Source: Isurus oxyrinchus
Lineage: Eukaryota
Direction: 5' to 3'
NCBI GenBank assembly: GCA_026770705.1
Contig: JANJGN010000012.1
Coordinates: forward strand, 128,712,001 to 128,776,000
DNA: 64,000 nucleotides
Position numbers and translations under genes: made by a program. Positions 39,150 through 51,949 of this stretch are shown here, piece after piece. Every line of letters starts with the position of its first letter. Positions within the stretch are counted from its first letter, which is position 1. The notes beneath the pieces are model-generated. The model was not told the DNA's origin and searched no databases. It saw only the letters and a program-made list of their open reading frames with translations.

Positions 39150-39351
39150 TTCTGATTATCTTAAATTTGTGGTACCTTGTTCCCAACCAGTAGAAACAAT
39201 CCAACACCGTCTTATCATAAGCCATCATAATCTTAAAGACCTTTATCAGGTCACCCTTGAACCTTCTAATGCCAGTGGAAAAAATAAGAAAACTCAAACT
39301 TCTTCATAACAATAATTTGGTGAAGTCAAACTGAATTCCTGAAGGACAATA

Positions 39352-39672
39352 ACTCACTCACTTTTCCAGAACCACTTTATCCAATTCAGGGTCAGGGGAA
39401 GTTGGAGCCTACCCCAACAGGCAATGGGCACAGTACACCCAGGACTGGATGCCAGTCCTCACAGGACACAGACAAAGGGTAAATTATTACTCATAGCCAA
39501 TCCATGTAATCGGCACATCTTTGGACAGTGGGAGGAAACCAGGGCATCCAGTGGAAACCAACGCAGACACAGGGGGAACATGCAAATGCCACACAGACAG
39601 ACACCTGAAGTCAGAATCGAACCCAGGTCCCTGGAGTTGTGAGGCAGCGGCACTAACCACTGTGCTTCCATA
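39352..39672 (-). mobile_element. V-SINE (tRNA head plus V domain) with teleost-like tail
   Basis: A box gcacagtggttag, B box ggttcgattct, V domain tgtgtggcatttgcatgttccccctgtgtctgcgttggtttcc...ccaaagatgtg; tail ...gaccctgaattggataagtggtt...gagtgag. Confidence 0.85.
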
Positions 39673-40054
39673 GGACAACAGCTAATTTAATTAAAAGATG
39701 TGAAAGAAATGACGCAGCATATTAAATTTCAATGTTAAAGTAGTGACCAGCCATCTTAGATATAGATCACTGGAAAATCACCATATACAGACCAATAAAT
39801 TATAAGTACCTTTAAATATCTTTCTAGCAAAAGATGTTGTAATGAAGTGCCATTGTTTGAAAATGTAGTGTTTAATTCCCATTTATGTTAAAATAATGAT
39901 GGGGGTGGGGGTGGGGGGTGTAGGAATACAAGTGGCAGTATCAGGCTTTAAAGCTGCAGTAAGGTGAGGACAGATCCATGAGCCAAGACAGACCTTAGGG
40001 ATAGCAAACACACGGAATATTTTAGCACCAGACATAAACCAGGCCAAATATGAT

Positions 40055-40195
40055 GCAAAAGCAAAATACTAGACATGTTGGTAATCTGAACTAAAACATA
40101 AAATGCTGGAATTACTCAACAGATCTGACAGGATCTGTGGAGATGGAAACAGAGATATCTTTTCAGATCAATGGCCATCAGAGCTGGAAAAAAGT
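40055..40195 (-). mobile_element. Decayed Penelope pLTR fragment
   Basis: aaaatgctggaattactcaacagatctgacaggatctgtggag matches the pLTR end seen at 51285-51325. Confidence 0.6.
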
Positions 40196-40747
40196 GCTAA
40201 ACTATAAAGTTTCACTTTGAGATTTCAGGTTCAGATTCAAGCCGAATATAACACCAGTCTTTCCACTAAACTTCTCCTTTAGATCATCCGTGACAAAACA
40301 CATCTTCTTCCTTGGCCACAAAACTAATTTCTTTGAGGGTCTTACTTCACGAGGCGAATGTGCCTTCTATAGAATATTTGCCAACCTGTGACATTTCTGC
40401 ACTATCATACACTCAACAGCCATGGAAATAACATGTGCACAGATCAAAGTTGAAAACATATAGATCACAAGAAAAATTCAAAATAAAATCAATATTATTT
40501 AATAAGACTTGATACTTCTCATTGAATCACAAGACCATATTGCAGTTTTTGGGATCAGATGATGAATACAAAGCAGTCAAGCTTTGCCATTATGATTCTG
40601 GTGAAGCCCAAAATTGGATCACTGTCTTGTAAATTACCTATAACCATCCACTGCCTTACTGATAACTTCCTAGCCGTATCCATTGCATAACTCACCAAGA
40701 AGTGTGATAGTCTCTATAAAGCAAACTGCATCATATGAACCATACTC

Positions 40748-43737
40748 TAGTGGACTAGTAATTCAGAGTCCCAGGGTAATGCTCTGGGGACAGGGGTTCA
40801 AATCCTGTCATGGCAAATGGTGAAATTGGAATTCAATAAAAATCTGGAATTAAAAGTCTAATGATGACCATGAAACCATTGTCGATTGTTCTATATAAAA
40901 ACCTGTCTGGTTCACTAATGCCCTTCAGGAAAGAAAATCTGTTGTCCTTACCTACCTGGTCTGACTTACATGTGCTCCCCACAGCAATGTGGTTGACTCT
41001 TAAATGCCCTCTGAAATCATCTAGCAAGCAACTCAGTTGTACCAAACTGCTTCAAAGTCTCAAAAAAGGAATGAAACTGGACAGATGACCCAGCACCGGA
41101 AACGACAACAGCAAACTCAGCTCTGTTGATCCTGCAAAGTCCTCCTTACTAACATCTGGGGGCTGGTGCTAAAACTGGGAGAGCTGTCTCACAGACTCGT
41201 CAAGCAAAGCCTGACATAGTCATCCTCACGGAATCATACCTTACAGATAATGTCCCAGACACCACCATCACCGTCCCTGTCCCACCAGCAGGACAGACCC
41301 AGCAGAGGTGGAGGCACAGTGGTACACAGTCAGGAGGGAGTTGTCCTGAGAGTCCACCACATTGACTCTGGACCCCATGATGTCTCATGGCATCAGGTCA
41401 AACATGGGCAAGGAAACCTCCGGCTTATTACCATGTACTGCTCTCCCACAGCTGATGAATCCGTGCTCCTCCATGTTGAACACCGCTTGGAGGAAGTACT
41501 GAGGGCGGCAAGGACGCAGAATGTACTCTGGTGGGGGACTTCCATGTATATCACCAAGAGTGGCTCGGTAGCACCACTACTTGCTGAGTCCAAAAGGACA
41601 TAGCTGCTAGACTGGGTCTGCGGCAGGTGGTGAGGGAACCAACAAGTGGGAAAAACAACTCAAGACTGGGCACCCATGAGGCTTTGTGGGCCATTAGCGG
41701 CAGCAGAATTGTGCTCGAAAACAATCTCGCCTGGCATATCTCTCCCATCACCATCAAGCCAGAGAATCAACCCTGGTTCAATGAAGAGTGCAGGAGGGTA
41801 TGGAAGGCGCAACACCAGGCATGACTAAAAATGAGGCGTAAACCTGTTGAAGCTACAAAATAGGACCACTTGCATGCCAAACAGCATAAGCAGCAAGTGA
41901 CAGAGCTAAGCAATCCCACAACCAATGGATCAGATCTAAACTCTGCAGTCCTGCCACATCCAGTCGTGAATGGTGATGGACAATTAAACAACTCACTGCA
42001 GGAGGAGGCTCTACAAATATCCCCATCCTCAATGATGGGGAACTCAGCACATCAGTGCAAGAGATAAGGCTGAAGCATTTGCCACAATCTTCAGTCAGAA
42101 GTACCTCATGGATGGTCCATCTCAGCCTCCATCAGAGGTCCCCAGCATCATAGGTGCCAGTCTCCAGCCAATTCCAGCCATGTGATATCAAGAAATGGCT
42201 GAAGGCACTGGATACTGCAAAGGCTATGGGCCCTGACAATATTCTGGCAATGGACTGAAGACTTCTGCTCCAGAACTTGCTGGACCCCTAGCCAAGCTGT
42301 TCCAGTACAGCTGTAACATTGGCATCTACCCGGTAATATGGAAAGTTATGTCCTGTACACAAAAAGCAGGGCAAATCCAACCCGGCCAGTTACCACCCCA
42401 TCAGTCTACTCTCCATCATCAGTAAATAATGGAAGGGGTCATCAACAGAGCTATCAAGCAGGACTTGCTTAGCAATAACCTGCTCACTGACACTACATTC
42501 GGGTGCCGCCAGGGCCACTCAGCTCCTGACCTCATAGCAGCCTTGGTTCAAACATGGATGAAAGAGCTGAACTCCCGAGCTGAGGTGAGATTGACTGCCC
42601 TTGACATCAAGGCCGAGTGTGGCATCAAGGAGCCCTAGCAAAACTGGAGTCAATGGGAATCAGGGGGAAATTTCTCCACTGATTGAGTCATACCTAGCAC
42701 AAAGGAATATGGTTGTGGTTGTTGGAGGTCAATCATCTCAGCTCCAGGACATCACTGCAGGAGTTCCTCAGGGTAGTGAGCTCAGCCCAGCCAACTTCAG
42801 TTGCTTCAATGACCTTCCTTCCATCATAAGGTCAAAAAGGGGAATGTTCGTTGATGATTGCACAATGGTCAGCACCATTCGTGACTCCTCAGATACTGAA
42901 GCAGTCCATGTCCAAATGCAGCAAGACCTGGACAGTATCCAGGCTTGGGCTGACAAGTAGCAAGTAGCATTCACACCACACAAGTGCCAGATAATGACCA
43001 TCTCCAAAAGGGGTAATCTAACTATTGCCCCTTGACATTCATTTGCATTACCATAACTGAATCCCCCACTATCAACATCCAGGGGGCTACCATTGACCAG
43101 AACGTGAACTGGACTAACCATATAAATACAAGACCAGGTCAAGAGGCTATGGATCCTGTGATGGGTAACTCACCTCCTGACTCCCCAAAACCTGTCCACG
43201 ATCTACAAGGAACAAATTAGGAGTGTGATGGAATACTCCCCACTTGTCTGGAAGAGTGCAGCTCCCACAACTCTCAAGGAGCTTGACACCATCCAGGTCA
43301 AAGCAGCCCACTTGATTGGCACCCCAAGCACAAACATTCACTCCCTCCACCACCGATGCACAGTAGCAGCAGTGTGTACCATCTACAAGATGCACTGCAG
43401 GAATTCTCTAAGGCTCCTTCGACAATACGTTCCAAACCCACAACCACTACCATCTAGAAGGACAAGAGCAGCAGACAGATGGAACACCACCACCTGCAAG
43501 TTCCTCACCAAGTCACTCACCATCCTGACTTGGAAATATATCGCCGTTCCTTCAGTGTCGCTGGGGCAAAATCCTGGAACCCCCTTCTTGACAGCACTGT
43601 GGGTGTCCCTACACCACATGGACTGCAGCAGTTCACAAAGGCAGCTCATCACCATCTTCTCAAGGGCAACTAGGGATGGGCAATAAATGCTGGTCCAGCC
43701 AGCAAAGCCCACATCCCGTGAATGAATAAAAAATAAA
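40748..43737 (+). mobile_element. Near-full-length CR1/L2-group LINE (family B): tRNA-like head, APE endonuclease and RT pseudogene
   Basis: B box ggttcaaatcc at 40795-40805; NIWGL, PDIVILTESYL, GGGTVV (APE); KAMGPD, ALDIKA, GVPQGS, FVDD (RT); tail cacatcccgtgaatgaataaaa. Many stops, frameshifts and internal deletions. Confidence 0.9.
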
Positions 43738-43759
43738 CTTATTGAGCCTTCTTGATTCT

Positions 43760-44290
43760 TGTACATTCCATATAACTTCCTTGAGATATATCACTGTCCC
43801 TGTATCCTCTTTATAAATCAGTAAAAAGTATCCAATATCTTCTGCATAATTAACTGAAGTATCCCATTCACACATATATTTGATAGTTCACTGAGAGATA
43901 GGTGGATTTGGCTAATCTATGTAAAACTCATTGGGAGATGATCTGATTCTCAAATTTGCTTTATATCTCACATAACCCAGTTCTCTGTGCTCTTTATAAC
44001 TCAGAAATGTATCTCAATACCCCTATTCCCTTTATAATTCACTGAGATATCCCAAATTCTATATTCTCTGCATGGTTCAAAGAGGGATATCCAAATTTGA
44101 GTACTCTCTGTAACTCACAATAAGATATCCTGATTTCATTATTCCCTGAAGAACTCCTGATTTCTGTATAAATCTTTATAGCTCATTGTGAGATACCCCT
44201 TTTCCCGTATCTTCTGTGTGACTGACAGAGATATTTCTATTCTATGTAATTCACTGAGGCGTATTCTCTGAATCACAATGACACTAACAT
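43760..44290. repeat. Degenerate tandem repeat, about 30-40 bp unit
   Basis: Recurring ctctgtataattcactgagatatcc-like units (for example 44030, 44066, 44105, 44174, 44240). Confidence 0.65.
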
Positions 44291-45559
44291 AGCTAAGAAA
44301 AGAAATCTGAGACAGCTGACAGTTCATTTTACATCCAGACTAAATGGTCAACGAATAGTAAAAATGCAGCAGTTAAACTTTGGCATTGGGTAAAAATGTT
44401 TTTAAAATGAGAGAGATCAACAAGATATATATAGAAGTAAATACTTGAAGTCAAATTCACTTTTTGCAATTGTACGTGGGATTCAAATCAACCCTGGGTG
44501 TCCAATGGAAAGAGTTAAGAAATGAAAGTACTGAGAAAAGTATTGTACCCAAGAATTTCATTTGCTTTACAATGAGGAACAGTTTTGGATGTCTTCTTCA
44601 ACATTGAAGTACCTCAAATACGTATGTTTCAAATTAATTGCCCTCTTCATCGTAATGTTATTTGAATGTGGCATTTGACACCTCAGTTGACCCATGTACA
44701 GATCAGAAATAAAGAAACTGGTCTTCTTTCACACCTCCTTGTTGCCACCATCCATTATGAATGTATTTTTGCAGCAGAAACCAGTTCCTGGAAGATGCAT
44801 TCCTAAAGTCCACCATTCCTCACCCATGCATTGGTATTGTAAGACCACAGAGATAGGAGGGAGCGATGGGGGGGTGGGTGCAAAGAAGGGCGGAGGTCAG
44901 CAACTTGAGTACATGCACCCATGGCTTTCTCGAGCTGACCTCTCTCTATTTCATAAAAACTGTGAAAAACTGAAGCTCAGGCCTTTCGGTTCAGTCTCGC
45001 ATGTTGCGATCAAATGGTTCTGCAACATCTGTGGTACAATTGAGAATTGATGGGTTTCGGAGAAAGAGAATTCTGAAGCTTTCAGATTGACAAACACCCC
45101 CGTTCTCATCCTGGGTACAAACCATAAACATTTCCAAGAATTAATCTCACATTGTTTTTGGCTTTGTACCAGCTGCAGTATAACTGCACTCAATCTGAAA
45201 CCAACTTTAAAACTCTCTCAGTGATGTGAGGGAACTGGCTGCTGTGCAATTTCTGCAACTTCAGTTTCAATGTTGGCAAAGAACCAACTGTCTTGATGAA
45301 TCTTTCTTTAACACTAAGAATTAATCGTATTCCGACTCTGGTAAGCTGAGTTACTACGTATGGAGTGTTCATGTACAAAACCACATTTTAAGATCAGACA
45401 GTGATGCAGAGTTCGCAGTATAGCTTCTAGCTGCAACATATTCATAGCAGGCATTGTTCTGAAACTGGCATTTGTGCCATTTAAATTATTTCCGTTTATC
45501 CATAACTTTGCTGCTTGTGTACTAAACCACACAAAACCCATTCACCCATCAACCCACTC

Positions 45560-45935
45560 TTTCCTCTACATTGGTTCTTGGTCCTTTGACTCCTTAACTT
45601 ACCAAGTTTTACCCTTGTATTTACCCTCCCCTATCTCTGTATCTGTCTTTAGCCTCTAGCTCATGCCTCTGCCGTCTCTGACTTACCATCTCTTTCTCTG
45701 ATCCCAGCTTCTTATTCATTCCACACCCCACCATGGCGATCCCTTCTTCAGCCACCTTAGCAATTCCACCCCTAGATCCCCCTTCAATCAACCCAACTTT
45801 CTCTCTTCCTTTAAAACCCTCCTAAGCTTTCTTTCTTTGACCACATCCAATTTTCTTCACACCTCTGTGAAGTGGCCTCAGGACATTTTTTATCTATGTT
45901 AAAGTTATCATATAAACGTAAACTATCATTGTTAT
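45560..45935 (+). mobile_element. Old L2-type 3' fragment
   Basis: ctttaaaaccctcctaag...tgtgaagtggcctcaggacatt...gttaaag...ttgtt. Confidence 0.55.
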
Positions 45936-46774
45936 TTGATGCAGTTTGTATGGAGATGGTTGCCAGAGACACAGGCTCCAGAAAACCTTCTGCATGAGAT
46001 GTTTTGGAGACAGTTGGAAAAAAGATGCTAAGGTTCACATATGATCCATTGGTCGCTTCAGCATAACAAAGGCATAGAAACTCTCAGTTATCAAAAGAGT
46101 TCCTATTGTAGGAGCTGATTATCATAACATCAGGTGAGAGTTCTTGACAATGGTAGTTATATTAACAAAAACCAAATTATTTGAGTCTTGTGCTGAGAAT
46201 GTGCATCAGAGAGCTCTTGAGTAACTATAAATCTCTTGGTCATTAATAATGCATAATGAAAAAAACCCTGTATTCTCACTAAACCCGCAATACATCATAA
46301 AAGGACAAAAAAAAGAAGCATTTCAGTAAACACAGCTGGACTATTTTTTAAGTCTCCTGTCACAACGAGCAACATTGTTCTGTTCTCAAGCAGCAAAGGC
46401 ATTCTCTCTCACTCAACAGCAAATAGGTGATTAATGACTTTCTCTGGCACTTACGAATTTCAGTTGAAAATATTCACAATGGCCTCTGGCTTTAGCACGT
46501 TTTAGTCTCCACATACAGATCTATCACATGCACACAGGAAGGGCTCCTCATAAGAAGTGTAGATTCGTCGGTGCCAAGCGACATTTATTCTGCACGCTAC
46601 CAACCTAGTACTGTTTGCATTAAGACTTGAGTTACAATTCTGAGTTTTGTAAGATTGCTACGTTTTGGGACTTTGTCTTTCATTTAGGGTAAAATGAAAG
46701 CGATCATGCAACCTGTTCTGAAGTCTGCCTGATAGCAAGTCTGGGTAGTTTGATTGTTAGAGATTAAAGGATTG

Positions 46775-47540
46775 TTTTGGTAGCAAAAACAGGAAGGCAG
46801 ATCATTATCTGAATGGCTATAAATTGAGACAGGAGAATGTGCAACTAGACCTGGGTGTCCTTGTACACCAGTCACTGAAGGTAAGCATGCAGGTACAGCA
46901 GGCGGTAAAGAAGGCAAATGGTATGTTGGCCTTCATAGCTAGAGGATTCGTGTACAGGAACAGGGATGTCTTGCTGCAATTGTACAGGGCCTTGGTGAGA
47001 CCACACCTGGAATATTGTGTGCCGTTTTGGTCTCCTTATTTGGGGAAGGATGTTCTTGCTGTAGAGGGAGTGCAGCGAAGGTTTACCCAACTGATTCCTG
47101 GGATAGCGGGACTGACATATGAGGAGAGATTGTGTTGATAAGGATTATATTCGCTGGAGTTCAGAAGAATGAGGGGGGATCTCATAGAAACCTATAAAAT
47201 TCTAACAGGACTAGAAAGGGTAGATGCAGGAAGGATATTCCCGATGGTGGGGGAGTCCAGAACCAGGGGTCACAGTCTGAGGATATGGGGTGGACCATTT
47301 AGGACTGAGATGAGGAGAAATTTCTTCACCCAGAGAGTGGTGAGCCTGTGGAATTCATTACACAGAAAGTAGTTGAGACCAAAACATTGTAGCTCTTGGG
47401 TGAAAGGGATCAAAGGATATGGAGAGAAAGTGGGAGCAGTCTATTGAATTGGATGATCAGCCATGTTCATAATGAACGGTGGAGCAGGCTTGAAGGGCTG
47501 AATGGCCTACTCCTGCTCCCAATTTTTATGTTTCTATATT
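46775..47540 (+). mobile_element. HER1-type CR1 LINE 3' fragment
   Basis: QQAVKKANGMLAFIARG..LYRALVRPHLEYCV.FWSPYL; MRGDLIETYKIL. Confidence 0.95.
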
Positions 47541-47656
47541 TACTGGGAAGAAGGTGCAAGGTGTTTACCCCTGCAGACAATGGCAGCAGCCTGTGTGCTA
47601 ATAGTGAATAGCCTGTGAGCCTTCAAAGTCCCAGAAGAGTGATGACAATATTGGGT

Positions 47657-48423
47657 TGTAAAGAGTTGTGCTTTAACTGTCCATTTATATCTAAAATGGA
47701 AGAGAGTTGGGGTCTCAAAGATAATCTCAAGCTAATCAGCACCTCTATCTGGATACAAGGTCCATGTGATTCATGTTGCCATGGTGATAGGCTTTGAGAT
47801 AAGAAAAGTACAGAAGAAGTTATTGTAATATTGAGTTACAGGCTTTCCTAAATTAGCACTGAATATCACAGACAGGTGAATTAGTCTGTCAGAAGAGAGT
47901 GAGCAACTCAAAGCCAAAAGTCTCTATGGTTTACCATGCTGAAATGTGGGTGGAAGCTCATGTTCAGGTTGAAAAAGACAAATTCATGAGGAGTTAAAAC
48001 AAAGCTGGAAGGCTCTCCTAGCTTATGATAGAAGGAGGATCTCCAATAATACTCTCACTATAAAGGACAATTCTGCATTGGGAAGTTACTAGGCTGAGAA
48101 AGGAAAAGAACAGAAGTAAACCCTCAGGAACTAAGAATTACTTTGGGCTGATCTCAGGGAATTGAATGTCTACTTGAAGGTCAGTGTAACATCTATCTGT
48201 GAACTGTGATTTTTTTGGTTGTGCTGAAAATAAGAGAGGTATTCTGTTCCGTGGCTTAAAGTATAAGTTGCCTATGAAGATGGTGTTTAGTCAATATATC
48301 TTTTAGTCTTATGTTACAGTAAACATCTTAAAATGTGAAACTTTGTTGTGTCACTCTTTCAGCTATTAACTGGAAGTTCAAATTTCTTTTTAATAGTTAT
48401 CTGTCTCTACGGAGATGGTAACA
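47657..48423 (+). mobile_element. Solo-LTR-like sequence
   Basis: TGTA... start candidate, AGTAAA signal near 48319, ends GGTAACA. Confidence 0.35.
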
Positions 48424-50312
48424 CTTCAATAAATGAAAATTTGAAAATTTACTGACAAGCTATGACTGCATGCTGTTAAAATATGTGACTCTTAATAACA
48501 TCTACCACTGACTTCGTTAAACTTTTCACAAACTAAGTAGAATGAACGTAAGCAAGGACAAGCTCTCAAATAACTAGCTTCTATTTGAAACAGCTCCACA
48601 ACATAAAAATAAATGTATAATTGTCTTTGATGTCTGTACTTATATATGCTTGTATGTATATGCATATATATATACTTGTGTGTGTATGCCTGTCCATGTA
48701 CTTGTAGGAACATAGGAATTGTATAACAAAGAAAGAATGAGGTTCACCTAGTTTGCCTTCTACCATTTGGATATAGCAATAATAGAGATTGATTGCCATG
48801 ATTAGTCAATAATTCTAACAATTAGTCTGCAACAAATCCAGACATGTGTTGAGGAAAAACCCCAGTGGCAGAACACTTTGGGAACCTTGGGTCAAAGTCA
48901 TCTGCTGCTCCCAAACATGCTACACTTACCAAATGCTGATGCTCAAATGACTGTATCACTATATATTTGTATGTGTGTGCATATATGTTTATTCATGCAT
49001 GCATCAATGTCAGAAGCACCAGGCAAAATGCATTTAAGCTTAAATATTTGTCACCTGCCTTGTTTTTGAACTGGGGCAATCACATGATGAACAGACTATC
49101 AGAAATAGGTTCACATCCACACATTGGATATGGACACTGTCCATGGAATCTTTGATGGTTGGATAGAGGATAGGGCTGTAGGTTTTTATGGTCGGAAAGG
49201 CCATTTCTACCAGTTCAAAAACAAGATGTAGGATAAGACTAGGTATCGCTTGTGCAAGATGGGGTACTGTCTGCACTCAGACATGGCAGTGTTAGTAGTG
49301 CCACCTGTTATTGGATGCTTCATCACTCAGCCTGTTATCCATTAGGCTACCCATTAAACTGCAGAACACATAGTGAACCAAGCAATGTTGCCAACAAGCC
49401 CTGGATCATTGGGATAATTACTTCTCAGCTGGTGCACTGACATTATTAAACAAAAGATTTGAAATAGATTGAAGTGTTTATTTTGTTAATCACAAGAGAT
49501 GCCAACAACAGGCTGTGGAACAAGATTGAAATAACTTTATCAGATCTGTACCGAGAGCTGTACCAATTCTGTACTGGCTTGCACACCTGCACAGAGATAA
49601 GATTGTATTTTGACTTGCAGTTAATTAACATTTTTAATTGATCAGTTAGGTTATGCCTGGTGAATTGATGTCATCCTAAACAGAAGTTCCTCCTCAGAAA
49701 ACAAATTCTTGGCTTTTCACCCTTACTTGCCACCTAATCTCAGTTTGTCAAGGATATCCTGATCATTGTTCAATAGAAGTTAGTCTAAACATTTAATTAA
49801 TCAGAGAACTATTATCTATTAAACAAGTTGCTGCCTATGCATCTAGTAGCAGCTAATGTGGTATCTAGTTCTGCTGTCAATAAGTTCTACAAGGGAAGCA
49901 GCAATGGGACCTCAGTAATCTGTGATAGCCCAGAGATACTTGGTCAGTGCTGCTAATGCTGATGTAAATGCAATGCATTTTTCATTAGGAAATGTAATTA
50001 ATTTAACTCACAATAAACAGGAAGGTGCGCATTAATATGTGATTAATGTCCTTGGTTATTAGATCGGCACCTCACACCCTAACTAATCCCAGCATGCATT
50101 CATTATCAATTTAGTATACACCATTGACAGTATTGCCCAGGGATCGCTTTCCATTGGCTTGCTTTAGAAGTATCTCTGCCATTTCCAGGAGTCTGGCAAT
50201 GCTTCTTTTTTAACTCCTACTGCCAGCAGGGAAACACCTTTTATATTTTGTTATCAATAAAAGCTTCTTAGCAGGATCATCAAACTGATGAGCCAAACTA
50301 TTTCATTGCCTT

Positions 50313-51327
50313 AAGATAAAAGCGAAATACTGTGGATGCTGGAAAGCTAGTCCACTGGACCAGAGTGGACCCTGGTCCACTCCTCCATCACCCCCAATGC
50401 CTCAACCCTCTCCCACGGCACCTTCCCATGCAATTGCAGAAGGTGCAACACCTGCCCCTTTACTTCCCCCCTCCTCACTGTCCAAGGGCCCAAACACACC
50501 TTTCAAGTGAAGCAGCGCATCACTTGCGCTTCCCTCAATTTAGTCTACTGCTGCTCCCAATGCGGTTTCCTCTACATTAGAGAGACCAAACGCAGACTGG
50601 GTGGCCACTTTGCGGAACACCTTCGATCTGTCCGCAAGCATGACGCATGCCTTCCTTGCCATTTCAACACACCACCCTGCTCTCATGCCCACAACGCAGG
50701 CCTGCCGCATTGTTCCAGTGAAGATCAACGCAAACTGGAGGAACAGCACCTCATCTTCCGATTAGGCATTTTACAGCCTTCCGGACTTAACATTGAGTTC
50801 AACAGTTTCAGATCATGAACTCTCTCCTCCATCCTCATCCCTTATTGATCCCTTTTTTTCAAATATTTATTTTTAAATTTTTATATATATTTTTTCCCAC
50901 CTATTTCTATTATTATTATTTTTAAAATTTATTTCCATTCATTGTTTTATCCCCACCTTTTAGCCTATTTTGATCCTTTCGCCCACACCGTCCCCTGCCC
51001 CCACCCCACCCCCAGTAGGGCCATCTGTCATTTGTTCATCCTGCTTTCTACTCTTAATGTCACCATTAGCACCTCCTTTAGCCAGTATCACCACCATCAA
51101 CACCACTTCGACCTTTTGTTTATGACATTTTTTGTAATCTCCCCTTTGCCTCCACCTATCACTGGCCCTCTATCCAGCTCCACCTGTTCCACCCCCCTTA
51201 AACAGTATATATTTCACCACATTTTTACTGCTCTTTAGTTCTGAAGAAGACTCATACGGATTCGAAACGTTAAGTCTTTTTATCTCCACAGATGCTGCAA
51301 GACCTGCTGAGTTTTTCCAGCAATTTT
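50313..51327 (+). mobile_element. 5'-truncated Penelope-like element with GIY-YIG endonuclease remnant
   Basis: ORF 50507-50818 NLVYC..CSQCGFLYIRETKRRL..HFAEH...RKLEEQHLIFRLG; inverted pLTR tip at the 5' end; 14-bp TSD tatttcattgcctt (50299-50312, 51328-51341). Confidence 0.9.
51237..51276 (+). ncRNA. Minimal hammerhead ribozyme motif in PLE pLTR (canonical core)
   Basis: agtt-CTGAAGA-agactcatacggattc-GAAAC-GTT-aagt, palindromic AACGTT stem III; stems partly mutated. Confidence 0.55.
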
Positions 51328-51949
51328 TATTTCATTGCCTTGATCATTCTCTTAGACAAAGATTATCTCGAGATTAGAAAATGAAACAGTGCCTAACCAC
51401 AGATCTTATCTAAATCATTACTGCTGCTCACTGCACATTTTTTAACTAGTGCGTACTGCAATTAATATTCCTTCGTGCTTTTTTGAGTCATCTCTGAGTC
51501 AACAAGTAATCTAGTTTGGATTCCCTTGTCAAGACTAATCAAGAATGTTTGCATGTCAGTTCACAGGCAAATATTAGAAAGGGTGATCTATATTTGATGT
51601 AATGTCTTGAATCAGGATGGTTTATTTTCCAGAATGGAATCATTCGTATAATATAATCATGAAAAAATTCAAATTGGTTAAAGTAAAACATTTCGACTGC
51701 AACATTGCTTATTGGGCTAAGCTATCCACGTAACACAAGGGACCAAGCTGATCCCTAAACTTAGCTGTACAAACTATAGAATAATATGGATAAATCAGAC
51801 CCCAACAGGAACAAATAAGGCAGAAATGATAATAATAAGAAATTCTGTTGCAATTTCAGGCATTTACGTTAATTTTAACATTCCTTTCTATTTTTAAAAA
51901 TTATATATTTTCCCTACATATTGAGATGTTGAGCCAATCAGCTTCTGCC

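Noticed and set aside
39590-39672. tRNA gene-like A/B boxes (also 40750, 59240-59335, 61650-61740)
   Set aside because: They continue into SINE or LINE bodies and lack a full cloverleaf; not tRNA genes.
50285-50300. CTGATGAG just upstream of the PLE (similar at 24315)
   Set aside because: No stem I/II/III context; chance match to the hammerhead core.
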